Shown piece after piece: positions 1 to 8,234 of a stretch of DNA of 24,000 nt. Source of the stretch: Ralstonia flatus (GTDB lineage Bacteria; Pseudomonadota; Gammaproteobacteria; Burkholderiales; Burkholderiaceae); assembly GCF_958439105.1 (NCBI RefSeq), contig NZ_CAUDLI010000004.1, positions 274,009 to 298,008 of the forward strand, read 5' to 3'. Made by a program: the position numbers and the translations under genes. Under the pieces are notes generated by a model, which had not been told where the DNA came from, ran no database searches, and saw only the letters and a program-made list of their open reading frames with translations. Every line of letters begins with the position of its first letter. The stretch's first letter is position 1.

Positions 1-251
1 CCACGCCCACGTTCGTGGGCCGCGAAGGCGAAGACCCGAACGCCCCGATCATCACCGGCGCAGCGGCTTCGGCCGGGCCGGAGCTGGAAGGCCCGGCGGC
101 TGCCGGCGCCGAATCCGAAGAGCTGCCGGACGCGCTGCCGCAACTCAAGAACAACGACTTCGAGAAGAAGCTCGAGACCATGCGCCGCGTGGCGCAGAGC
201 AACCCGCGCGCCGTCGCGGCCGTCATCAAACAATGGGTGAGTAACGAATGA
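1..251 (+). CDS. fliF: flagellar M-ring protein FliF, C-terminal fragment (5' end lies outside the window)
   Basis: The frame is open from nt 3 to the window edge. The C-terminus reads ...KKLETMRRVAQSNPRAVAAVIKQWVSNE. The TGA stop overlaps the fliG ATG (ATGA at 248-251). It sits directly upstream of fliG, as in canonical fliFGHIJK operons. Confidence 0.8.
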   Translation, partial: TPTFVGREGEDPNAPIITGAAASAGPELEGPAAAGAESEELPDALPQLKNNDFEKKLETMRRVAQSNPRAVAAVIKQWVSNE

Positions 252-1240
252 GCGCCGAAGGACTCCAACGCAGCGCCATCCTCATGATGTCGCTGGGCGA
301 AAGCGAAGCCGCCGAAGTGCTCAAGCACCTGGGCCCGCGCGAAGTGCAGAAGCTGGGCGCGACCATGGCCGCGCTGAAGAACGTCTCGCGCGAGCGTGTG
401 CTCGATGCGTTTGACGCGTTCTTCGTTGAAGCCGAAGACCTGCCGCTGGACGTGGATTCGAACGAGTACATCCGCACCGTCTTCCGCAAGGCACTGGGCG
501 ACGACCGCGCCGCCAACATCATCGACCGCATCCTGTCGGGCGGTGACACCAGCGGCATCGAAGGCCTGAAGTGGATGGATGCCTCGTCGGTGGCCGAACT
601 GATCCGCAACGAACACCCGCAGATCATCGCCACGATCCTGGTCCACCTGGACCGCGATCAGGCTTCGGAAATCCTGACCTATTTCACCGAGCGCCTGCGC
701 AACGACACCATCCTGCGTATCGCCACGCTCGACGGCATTCAGCCCAGCGCCCTGCGCGAGCTGAACGACGTGCTGACCAAGCTGCTGCAAGGCAACGACC
801 ACCGCAAGAAGAACGCGATGGGCGGCGTGCTCACGGCAGCGGAAATCCTCAACCTGGTGCCGAGCGCCGTGGAAAGCTCCGTCATCGAAGGCGTGCGTTC
901 GCGCGACCCGGAACTGGCCGACGCCATCGTCGAGAAGATGTTCGTGTTCGACAACCTGATCGATCTGGACGGCCGAGCGCTGCAGACGCTGCTGCGCGAG
1001 ATCAGCCAGGACGTTCTGGTGGTGGCGCTCAAGGGCGCCAAGCAGGAGTTCCGCGACAAGGTGTTTGCCAACATGTCGCAGCGTGCCGGCACGATGCTCA
1101 AGGAAGAGCTGGAAGTGCTGGGGCCCGTCAAGGTGTCGGAAGTCGAAGCGCAGCAGAAGGAAATCCTGGTCGTTGCGCGCCGCCTGGCCGACGAAGGCGA
1201 AATCACCATCGGCCGCAAGGCGGAGGACGCTTATGTCTGA
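248..1240 (+). CDS. fliG: flagellar motor switch protein FliG
   Basis: 330 aa, the typical FliG length. It carries the conserved EKMFVFDNL (MFxF) hinge motif and a charged C-terminal helix region. Its start is coupled to the fliF stop, and the fliF-fliG-fliH order fits. Confidence 0.95.
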   Translation: MSAEGLQRSAILMMSLGESEAAEVLKHLGPREVQKLGATMAALKNVSRERVLDAFDAFFVEAEDLPLDVDSNEYIRTVFRKALGDDRAANIIDRILSGGDTSGIEGLKWMDASSVAELIRNEHPQIIATILVHLDRDQASEILTYFTERLRNDTILRIATLDGIQPSALRELNDVLTKLLQGNDHRKKNAMGGVLTAAEILNLVPSAVESSVIEGVRSRDPELADAIVEKMFVFDNLIDLDGRALQTLLREISQDVLVVALKGAKQEFRDKVFANMSQRAGTMLKEELEVLGPVKVSEVEAQQKEILVVARRLADEGEITIGRKAEDAYV

Positions 1241-1275
1241 CCGTGCTGGCCGCTTTGCTGTGACGGGGCGTTGAG

Positions 1276-2013
1276 ATGCCGCGTCCGCCGATCATCCCGC
1301 GCGACACGCTGGTCGAATACCAGGCGTGGGAGCCGACCGACTTCCGCCAGCAGGCCGCAGAGGCTGCTGCTGCAGCCGCGCCGCCGCCTCCGCCGCCCGA
1401 GCCCGAAGAGCCGCCGATTTCCGAAGAGGAATGGCAGGCCGCGCTGGACGCGGAGCTTGCCACCGCCCGCGACGAAGGCCGCCGCGATGGTTTCGCGCAA
1501 GGCTTTCAGGATGGCTTTGAACAAGGCCGCCGCCAGGGCGAGGAAGATTCCAAACACATCGCCGCGCTCATGCAATCCGTGCGCGAGGCGATCGACCAAC
1601 TGAACGGCAGCGTTGCCGAAGAGCTGGTCGATCTGGCGCTGCAGCTGGCGCAGCAGTTTCTGCGCGGCGCGCTGCATGCGCAGCCCGAGCGGATCCTGCC
1701 GATGGTTCGCGAAGTGCTGGGCGATGCGCCCACCGCCCCGGCGCCCGCCATGCTGCGCGTGCATGCCGATGACGCCGAGCTGATTCGCCAGACGCTGGGC
1801 ACGGAGTTGGCCGCCGCCGGCTGGACGCTCATCGTCGATGCCGCCATCGAGCGCGGCGGCTGCCGCGTGCAGACCCGCTTTGGCGAAACCGATGCCACGC
1901 TGCAAACGCGCTGGGCCGAATTGACCCGCGCGCTGGGCCGCGATACCGCATGGCTTGCCAGCGAACGCTCGGAAGCCGAACGCGTTGCAGGAGGCGCACT
2001 CCATGTCGCCTGA
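1276..2013 (+). CDS. fliH: flagellar assembly protein FliH (export ATPase regulator)
   Basis: 245 aa. An acidic Ala/Pro-rich N-terminus ([21 protein letters not shown]) is followed by a FliH/YscL-like C-terminal half. It lies between fliG and fliI, and its stop (2011-2013) overlaps the fliI start. Confidence 0.85.
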   Translation: MPRPPIIPRDTLVEYQAWEPTDFRQQAAEAAAAAAPPPPPPEPEEPPISEEEWQAALDAELATARDEGRRDGFAQGFQDGFEQGRRQGEEDSKHIAALMQSVREAIDQLNGSVAEELVDLALQLAQQFLRGALHAQPERILPMVREVLGDAPTAPAPAMLRVHADDAELIRQTLGTELAAAGWTLIVDAAIERGGCRVQTRFGETDATLQTRWAELTRALGRDTAWLASERSEAERVAGGALHVA

Positions 2014-3439
2014 GACCGTGCAGCCCGCCGCCAACAATCCCAACCTGCGCGTGTGGCAAGCCCACCTGCAGCAGACCGCGCAGCGTGCGCGTCTGGCGCG
2101 CCCGGTGGTGACGTGCGGCAAGCTCACGCGCGTGGCCGGCCTGGTCATGGAAGCCGTTGGCCTGAAGCTGCCGGTGGGCAGCGCGTGCCGCGTGGAACTC
2201 CCGCACGGCCGCCACGTGCTGGCTGAAGTGGTGGGCTTTGCCGAAGAACGCGCCTTTCTGATGCCGCAAACGGATCTGGTGGGCGTGGTGCCCGGTGCGC
2301 GCGTGTTCCCGCTGGAGCCGCAACGCCTGCCGGTGTCGAGCGAAGACGGCGCCGACCCGACGATTTCGCACAGCAAGTTCCTGCCCGTGGGCCCGCGCCT
2401 GCTGGGCCGTGTGGTGGACGCCAACGGCGAGCCGCTCGACGGCAAGGGGCCGCTGGGCGCGCATGAAGATCTCGCCTGGGGCACGCTGAACCCGGCACCG
2501 CTGAACCCGCTCAAGCGCAAGCCGATCGAGCATGTGCTCGACGTGGGCGTGCGCGCCATCAATGGTTTGCTGACCGTTGGCCAGGGCCAGCGTCTGGGCC
2601 TGTTTGCCGGCTCCGGCGTGGGCAAGAGCGTGCTGCTGGGCATGATGGCCCGCTACACGGAGGCCGACGTGGTGGTGGTCGGCCTGATCGGCGAGCGCGG
2701 CCGCGAAGTGAAGGAATTCATCGACGAGATTCTTGGCGACGAAGGCCTGGCACGATCAGCCGTGGTGGCTGCGCCGGCCGACACCTCGCCGCTGATGCGC
2801 CTGCAGGGCGCCGCTTACGCCCACACGATTGCCGAATACTTCCGCGACCGCGGCTGCAACGTGCTGCTGATCGTCGATTCGCTTACGCGTTATGCGATGG
2901 CGCAGCGCGAGATCGCCCTGGCCATCGGCGAGCCGCCGGCCACCAAGGGCTATCCGCCCTCGGCCTTTGCCAAGCTGCCGGCGCTGGTTGAGCGTGCCGG
3001 CAACGGCATGGTCGATGCCAACGGCCGCGGCGGCTCCATCACCGCGTTCTACACCGTGCTGGCCGAAGGCGATGACCAGCAGGATCCGATTGCCGATGCG
3101 GCGCGCGCCATTCTGGACGGCCACTTCGTGCTCTCGCGCAAGCTGGCGGAGCAGGGCCACTACCCGGCCATCGATATCGAACAGTCGATCAGCCGCGTGA
3201 TGTCGGCCATCGTGCCGCGCGAGCAGCTCGACACGGCGCGCCGCTTCAAGCAGCTCTACGCCCGCTACCAGCGCAACCGCGACCTGATTGCCGTGGGCGC
3301 CTACGCGCGCGGCAGCGACCCGGTGACCGACCAGGCCATCGCGCGCTACCCCGACATGGAAGCGTTCCTGCAGCAGGGCATGTTCGAGAACGAAAGCCGC
3401 GAGCACACGCTGGAGAAGATGCATGGAGTGCTGGCGTGA
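2003..3439 (+). CDS. fliI: flagellum-specific ATP synthase FliI
   Basis: Walker A GSGVGKS and Walker [12 protein letters not shown], with F1/T3SS ATPase-like sequence throughout. I place the start at ATG 2003 (AGGAGG at 1989-1994, 8-nt spacer) rather than the track's 1955. That start overlaps the fliH stop by 11 nt. Confidence 0.95.
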   Translation: MSPETVQPAANNPNLRVWQAHLQQTAQRARLARPVVTCGKLTRVAGLVMEAVGLKLPVGSACRVELPHGRHVLAEVVGFAEERAFLMPQTDLVGVVPGARVFPLEPQRLPVSSEDGADPTISHSKFLPVGPRLLGRVVDANGEPLDGKGPLGAHEDLAWGTLNPAPLNPLKRKPIEHVLDVGVRAINGLLTVGQGQRLGLFAGSGVGKSVLLGMMARYTEADVVVVGLIGERGREVKEFIDEILGDEGLARSAVVAAPADTSPLMRLQGAAYAHTIAEYFRDRGCNVLLIVDSLTRYAMAQREIALAIGEPPATKGYPPSAFAKLPALVERAGNGMVDANGRGGSITAFYTVLAEGDDQQDPIADAARAILDGHFVLSRKLAEQGHYPAIDIEQSISRVMSAIVPREQLDTARRFKQLYARYQRNRDLIAVGAYARGSDPVTDQAIARYPDMEAFLQQGMFENESREHTLEKMHGVLA

Positions 3440-3488
3440 TGTGCCCGCTTGACACTGTGAAGCCGCAAGCGTTGCGCAAGCCGAAGGC

Positions 3489-3515
3489 TAAAGCCGCCGG
3501 GTTTGCGTCCGATGG
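3489..3515 (+). promoter_or_regulatory. weak sigma-28-like motif in the fliI-fliJ gap (TAAAGCCG-N11-TCCGATGG)
   Basis: It has TAAAG, an exact 11-nt spacer, and the CCGAT core of the GCCGATAA -10 element. It lies in an unusually long (108 bp) gap upstream of fliJ. Only about 10/16 positions match the consensus. Confidence 0.25.
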
Positions 3516-3547
3516 GTTGATGTAACGGGAAGCTGGAGGGTCCACCG

Positions 3548-4012
3548 ATGACCACCATGAACAAGCCGTTCCGCCTCGAGACCGTGCTGGAACTGGCCCA
3601 GAAGGACACCGAAAAAGCCACGCAGGAAGTCGGCCGCCTGATGAACACGCGCGAGGCCGCCACGCAAAAGCTGGCACTGCTGTCCGACTACCGCAACAAC
3701 TATCACCAGCAGATGCTGAGCACCGCCGAAGGCGGCATGGACGTCACGCGTTTGCGCAACTACGCGGCCTTTATCGACCGCCTGGGCAACGCCGTGCACC
3801 AGCAGAAGGGCACCATCAATGCGCTGGAGCAGCAGCTTGCGATGAGCCGTGCCAACTGGCTGGAAAAGCAGCGCCGCGAGCAGTCGTTCGACATCCTGCG
3901 CCAGCGCCACATTGAAGAGCAGCGCCTGGACGAAGAACGCCGCGCCCAGCGCGACAACGACGAACACGCCGCCAAGGTGATCCGCATGCGTGCGGCACAG
4001 GGCGGCAATTGA
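3548..4012 (+). CDS. fliJ: flagellar export chaperone/stalk protein FliJ
   Basis: 154 aa. The sequence is charged and predicted coiled-coil throughout (FRLETVLELAQKDTEKATQEV..., Q/R/E-rich). GGAGGG lies upstream. It sits between fliI and fliK, and its stop overlaps the TTG at 4009. Confidence 0.85.
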   Translation: MTTMNKPFRLETVLELAQKDTEKATQEVGRLMNTREAATQKLALLSDYRNNYHQQMLSTAEGGMDVTRLRNYAAFIDRLGNAVHQQKGTINALEQQLAMSRANWLEKQRREQSFDILRQRHIEEQRLDEERRAQRDNDEHAAKVIRMRAAQGGN

Positions 4013-5631
4013 AGACCAACGCGAACACGCAGTCGCAAGATGGAGTCAACGTGGGCTTGAGTGCCACCCCCAACGCCGCTGCCAAAGACCTGGGCGCCAT
4101 GCTGTCGGCCGGCAATACTGCCGCCGCCGACAAGACGCAGGCTTCCTCGTCCGGCACCGATACCTTCGGCAACCTGTTGTCGGACCGCCTGGCCCAGGAC
4201 GCCGCGCGCCGTCGCGCGGACGCACAGTCTGCCGCCGACGATGCCGGCCGCCGCGCCGATATCGCGCGCAAGGACGCGACGCGCACCAGCGCCGCCAGCA
4301 ACGATCAGGACGCCAAGCCGGCCGATGGCAATACGCCCGTGCCGAGCATCACCACGCCTGCCGCCAGCACCGCCGATACGGCCCATGCCAAGCCGGCCCA
4401 GCCGGCCAGCGCCAAGGATCTCGATACCGCTGCACAGCAGGCGGTGGTCGACCCGGCTGCCCAACTGGCGGCTCAGATCGAAGCCGCACGGCAGGCCGCG
4501 CAGCAGGCGGCCGCAGTCGTGCAGCAGCCGGTTGCGCAACCGGCGCCCCAAACGAATACCAAGCCCGATACCGACGCCGCAACGCTGGCTGTCGCCAAAT
4601 CGTCGGCAAATGACGCTGCTGCGTTGGCTGCCGCAAACGCTGCGGCCAACGGAGCCCAGGGCGCCGCTGATCCGGCCACGACGGCGCAAGCCGCCTCGGC
4701 TGGCTTGCCGGCTGCGAAGGACAGCCAGGCCAACGCTGCAAACACGCCGACGCCGCCTGCCACCGCGCTGCCCGACAGCGGCACGCTGGCCCAGACCATG
4801 GCCCGCACGCGTGCCGTTGCCGACAACACGCCGCCCGCCGTGCGCCAGCTCGGCAGCACGTCGTCTGTGCAGGGCGCCAATGCCGATCACGGCCTGCCGC
4901 GCCGCAACGACCTGAGCGCACACAACACCGTCACGCAAACGGCCGCGACCGCCGTCGCTGATGCCACCAGCCACGCCAGCAATGGCGGCAGCGCCGGCAA
5001 CACGGACAACGCCGGTACGCAAGCCAATGCGCAGGGCAGCGGTACGCTGTTCCAGGGCGCACTGTCGCGTGCCAATGGCGATGCCGGCATGGCCGCCGCA
5101 CCGACCTTTGCGGTGGGTGGCGCCAACGCAGGCGCTGCGGCAGGTGCATCGATCACGCCGCAGCAAGTCCACACGCTGCCCACCTTTGGCGACGCCGCAT
5201 GGCCGCAGAGCATGGCGAGCCAGCTCGCCTTCATGCAAGTGCACCGTCAATCGTCGGCCGAACTGCAGTTGAACCCGGCCGAGCTGGGCGGCATGCACGT
5301 CAAGCTGGAAGTCGACAACGGTGCTGTCAATGCGAGCTTCGTCTGCCAGCACCAGGCGGTGGCCGAACTCGTGCAGGACGCCATGCCGCGCCTGCGCGAC
5401 GCCATGCAGCAAGGCGGGATGCAGCTTGCGCAAACGTCGGTCAGCACGGGTGACTTCAGCCAGCAGCAGAGCGCATCGCAGGGTTCATCGGCGCAAAGCC
5501 AGGGCAGCGGTTCGGGCAACGGGAATAGCGGCAGCCGTTATGGCGGCGGCTCGCAAGACCGCGCCGATACGCTGGCGGTGGCACCGCGTCGTGTGTCCAC
5601 CCACGAAGGCGCCATCGACACTTTTGCCTGA
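4009..5631 (+). CDS. fliK: flagellar hook-length control protein FliK
   Basis: A long Ala/Gln/Thr-rich low-complexity N-terminal region is followed by a conserved C-terminal Flg_hook-type domain (ELQLNPAELGGMHVKLEVDNGAVNASFVCQHQAVAELVQDAMPRLRDAMQQGGMQL) and a Q/S/G-rich tail. The start is uncertain. It could be TTG 4009, coupled to the fliJ stop, or GTG 4051, preceded by GGAG at 4041-4044. Confidence 0.85.
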   Translation: MKTNANTQSQDGVNVGLSATPNAAAKDLGAMLSAGNTAAADKTQASSSGTDTFGNLLSDRLAQDAARRRADAQSAADDAGRRADIARKDATRTSAASNDQDAKPADGNTPVPSITTPAASTADTAHAKPAQPASAKDLDTAAQQAVVDPAAQLAAQIEAARQAAQQAAAVVQQPVAQPAPQTNTKPDTDAATLAVAKSSANDAAALAAANAAANGAQGAADPATTAQAASAGLPAAKDSQANAANTPTPPATALPDSGTLAQTMARTRAVADNTPPAVRQLGSTSSVQGANADHGLPRRNDLSAHNTVTQTAATAVADATSHASNGGSAGNTDNAGTQANAQGSGTLFQGALSRANGDAGMAAAPTFAVGGANAGAAAGASITPQQVHTLPTFGDAAWPQSMASQLAFMQVHRQSSAELQLNPAELGGMHVKLEVDNGAVNASFVCQHQAVAELVQDAMPRLRDAMQQGGMQLAQTSVSTGDFSQQQSASQGSSAQSQGSGSGNGNSGSRYGGGSQDRADTLAVAPRRVSTHEGAIDTFA

Positions 5632-5654
5632 CCGGCCGCCGGCCACGCGGCGTC

Positions 5655-5681
5655 TAAAGTTCGGTGCAGCCCTGCCGTTAA
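5655..5681 (+). promoter_or_regulatory. sigma-28 (FliA)-type promoter match TAAAGTTC-N11-GCCGTTAA
   Basis: 14 of 16 positions match the TAAAGTTT-N11-GCCGATAA consensus, with the exact spacer length. It lies 24 nt downstream of the fliK stop. One mismatch falls in the CGA core of the -10 element, which lowers confidence. Confidence 0.5.
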
Positions 5682-5688
5682 TACGCAG

Positions 5689-5971
5689 GAGTGCCATGCA
5701 AAAATGGCCAGCCGCAAGGCAATGAAAGAAGGGCGGGAAATAACAACGCGAGCACGCCGCGCATACGTTTGACGCGGCAGCGTTGCAAATGAATAACAAG
5801 GGGGTCAAGTCCGACTGGCGAAGAAGGGATCAAACGGGGATCATTTCGCCACATCCGTCTTCGGGCGGATGCACACGGACCGATGCGGGGTGTCCGAGCC
5901 GGGGGGCTGGCGCACCGCATGTTTGCCGTACTTACGGGAGAGCGCACCGCGAGGTGCGCTTTTTGTTTTTG
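5689..5971 (+). ncRNA. candidate ~280-nt non-coding transcript (putative FliA-dependent sRNA); the 5' end is only predicted
   Basis: It is bounded by the sigma-28-like promoter and a strong intrinsic terminator. No ORF has a credible start and also stops before the terminator. Hairpins include a 7-bp stem with a UUCG loop (5853-5870) and ATGCGG/CCGCAT pairing (5883-5888 with 5917-5922). The next gene is convergent. Confidence 0.35.
5941..5971 (+). terminator. rho-independent terminator
   Basis: The stem is AGCGCACC-GCGA-GGTGCGCT (8 bp, 4-nt loop), followed by TTTTTGTTTTT. The U-run lies only on the plus-strand side, so it serves plus-strand transcripts (fliK read-through and/or the candidate sRNA). 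Confidence 0.75.
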
Positions 5972-6010
5972 TGCGTCTGCTTCGTCGTCGCGGCGCACAT
6001 GCGGGCAGCC

Positions 6011-6988
6011 TCAGGCGCCCGCTTCCGCCGTGGTCAGTGTGGCGGGCGTGACCGATACCACGTGCTCCACGCCATAGCCGCGCTCCACCCATGCGTCGAT
6101 ACCGCCATGCAGCGGACGCACGCGCTTGAAGCCGCGGCCCATCAGCGTGCGCGCCAGCATCACGGCAGACGCCTCGTTGGGGCAGGCGCAGTAGATGATG
6201 ATCTCGCGGTCGGGGCCGTCGATCTCGATCGCGCGGTTGCTGCTGGACATGTCATACAGCATCGCCCCCGGAATGCGTTGCGGCTGCAGCATGCGCGAGC
6301 TGTCTGCGCGCACGTCGATGATGACGGGTGCCGCGCCCGATTCGATCAACGCATGCAACTCGTCGGGCGAGATGCGCGCCATCTCCAGCATCTTGCGAAA
6401 GCGCCAGCGCTGCAGCCAGCGCGCCGCTACATATACCGCCGCCAGCAACGCGATCAGCAGCACGGCGCGCGTGCCGAGCAGGTCGAGCTGGCGCAGCGCC
6501 TGGTCGATGCTGTCGTGCGCTACGCGGCCCAGCAGCAACCACAGCGTGGCCCACACCGCCGAGCCCACCAGGTTGTACAGCGCAAACGTGCTGAACGGCG
6601 TGCGCATCGTGCCCAGCAGCGCAGACGACACGGTCGACAAACCCGGAATGAACTTCGCGATCAGCAGCATCGGGGCGCCCCAGCGCTCGAACTGCGTGCG
6701 GGTGCGCCGCACGCAGGAATCGGGCGACAGCGACACGCGGCACAGCAGTGCCATGACGTGCCGGCCATAGCGCTTGCCGGCGAAATACCACAGCCCGTCG
6801 CCAAGCAGCGCGCCCGACACGGCGGCCGGTGCCAGTTCCATGAGGTAAAGCGGTCCGTGGAAGGTGAGCGCGCCGGCCACGAGCAGCGTCGGCACGGCCG
6901 GCAGCGGCGCGCCGGCTTGCGTCAGCAGCACATTGAGGAACACGGCAAACGCGCCGTATTCGGCGATCAGGGGAAACAGGTCATGCAT
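6011..6988 (-). CDS. DedA/SNARE-associated (VTT) membrane domain fused to a C-terminal rhodanese-like domain
   Basis: 325 aa. The N-terminal ~200 aa are multi-TM with DedA-type motifs (GDGLWYFAGKRYG, FIPGLSTVSS). The C-terminal ~110 aa are rhodanese-like (ISPDELHALIE...VIIDVR...IIIYCACPNEAS...GGIDAW) with a candidate active-site Cys. Confidence 0.85.
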   Translation of the reverse strand: MHDLFPLIAEYGAFAVFLNVLLTQAGAPLPAVPTLLVAGALTFHGPLYLMELAPAAVSGALLGDGLWYFAGKRYGRHVMALLCRVSLSPDSCVRRTRTQFERWGAPMLLIAKFIPGLSTVSSALLGTMRTPFSTFALYNLVGSAVWATLWLLLGRVAHDSIDQALRQLDLLGTRAVLLIALLAAVYVAARWLQRWRFRKMLEMARISPDELHALIESGAAPVIIDVRADSSRMLQPQRIPGAMLYDMSSSNRAIEIDGPDREIIIYCACPNEASAVMLARTLMGRGFKRVRPLHGGIDAWVERGYGVEHVVSVTPATLTTAEAGA

Positions 6989-7144
6989 GGCAGAGGGGGG
7001 CGCGGCGGGGCAAATGCGTTTGCCAAGTTACCGCATTCCGGCGCCGCCCGATAGCCATGCCACCAGAATGCGCTCGGCGATCTGCGGTTCGCGTGAAATT
7101 GGCGTGACAATGAACGCTTCACACCGCTTCCACATCCTGCCGCC

Positions 7145-7693
7145 ATGTCTTCTGCAATGCCCATCGATGCTTCCCGGTCCGTACGCGAATCCGGTGCCGT
7201 TGCCATTCGCCCTGCTACCGAGGCGGATCTCCCGACTATCGTCGGCATTTACGCGCATCACGTGCGTACTGGCACCGCCAGCTTTGAAATCGATGCCCCC
7301 GACCTGGCCGAGATGACGCGCCGCTTCCGCGCATTGCGGGATGCCGGCATGCCCTACGTGGTGGCCGAAGCCGGCGGCGTGCTGCTCGGCTACGCGTATG
7401 CCGGTCCGCATCGCGCGCGGCCCGCGTATCGCCACACGGTGGAAGACTCCATCTACCTTGATGCCGCCGCGCAGGGGCGGGGCGTTGGGACATTACTGCT
7501 GGAGGCGCTGATCCGCGAATGCCAGACGCGCGGTTTCAAGCAGATGGTGGCTGTGGTGGGTGGCGGTCGCGAAAACCCCGGGTCAGCCAAGCTGCACGCG
7601 CGCTGCGGGTTTCGGGAGGTGGGCGTGCTGGAGGCGGTGGGCTACAAATTCGGCCGCTGGCTCGATTGCCTGTTGATGCAGCGGGCCTTGTGA
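7145..7693 (+). CDS. GNAT N-acetyltransferase, phosphinothricin/methionine-sulfoximine acetyltransferase (PAT/MnaT)-like
   Basis: 182 aa. Motifs are IRPATEADLPTIVGIYAHHVRTGTASFE, the acetyl-CoA loop QGRGVGTLLLEAL, and the family-typical C-terminal GYKFGRWLD. The start could instead be the Met five codons downstream. Confidence 0.85.
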   Translation: MSSAMPIDASRSVRESGAVAIRPATEADLPTIVGIYAHHVRTGTASFEIDAPDLAEMTRRFRALRDAGMPYVVAEAGGVLLGYAYAGPHRARPAYRHTVEDSIYLDAAAQGRGVGTLLLEALIRECQTRGFKQMVAVVGGGRENPGSAKLHARCGFREVGVLEAVGYKFGRWLDCLLMQRAL

Positions 7694-7793
7694 GGCACGG
7701 CTGCTCAATATGAGAATGACGCAGCCTTCCGGAATGGACGCTTTCCGACGCTGGCAGGCGTGACCTTCAGTCACAGGCTATCCGAGACTCCAA

Positions 7794-7961
7794 TCAATCG
7801 ATGATGTCCGCGCAGGCGTCGGTGGGCGCGGCCGCCACATGGCCGACCAGCGGCACCATCTTCAGGCCCGCCGATGCCACGCGGCACGGCGCGGCCACCA
7901 CACCGCAGCCGGAAATGCATGCAGCACCAAGCAGGGACACAGCGAGCAGAAGGCGTTTCAT
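7794..7961 (-). CDS. small (55 aa) putative lipoprotein; mature peptide of about 37 aa with 3 Cys
   Basis: Internal Met of the 99-aa track ORF: MKRLLLAVSLLGAACISGC, with lipobox I-S-G-C. G/C-ending third positions are mostly maintained. There is no clear SD. The upstream 44 codons of the track ORF look non-coding. Confidence 0.55.
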   Translation of the reverse strand: MKRLLLAVSLLGAACISGCGVVAAPCRVASAGLKMVPLVGHVAAAPTDACADIID

Positions 7962-8234
7962 CGTGGGCGAGTTCGAAAGCGAATGCCGCGCAGTGTGACA
8001 CAGAGTCACTCGCCAACCTGTGCGCGTTTGTATCGGGAAATGACAATCTGTGCGTGTTCCAAAACGATGATGCGATGCGTCAGAACGCAACAATCCGATA
8101 CGTTCGAGGGCCGCACAACGCTGACTTTAGGCGAAAAAGTCACATCCTTGGTTTGCGCAAATCGAACCGCCACCCGTTGCTGCAGGCCGCAGAACCACTG
8201 TTGATGCGGGTTTTCCCGTAATTTCACAAATCGC

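Noticed and set aside
3760-5433. A very long (557 aa) minus-strand ORF antisense to fliJ/fliK. Comparable giants occur at 1231-2643(-), 5783-7054(+), 9769-11139(+), 16969-18261(-), 19259-20797(+), 19728-21134(-), 21855-23003(+), 22831-23976(-) and 22834-23805(+).
   Set aside because: These are shadow ORFs typical of high-GC DNA. Their translations are Arg/Gly/Ala/Pro-rich with no recognisable motifs. Each lies opposite to, or out of frame with, a gene that has clear family motifs, SD sequences and proper codon bias.
5696-5725. A 9-codon mini-ORF (MQKWPAARQ) preceded by AGGAG just after the sigma-28-like promoter. There is also a 22-codon ORF from ATG 5704 and a 33-codon ORF from GTG 5691.
   Set aside because: The SD would sit at or before the predicted transcript 5' end. 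Spacings are 4, 12 and 0 nt respectively, rare codons are used, and no feature suggests a functional peptide. I treat them as part of the candidate ncRNA rather than as genes.
7105-7111. Extra TGACAAT half-sites (here and at 8041-8047) that resemble half of the GACAAT-AA-ATTGTC motif.
   Set aside because: A single 7-mer half-site without the partner arm is expected by chance in 48 kb of two-strand sequence. Only the full dyads were kept.
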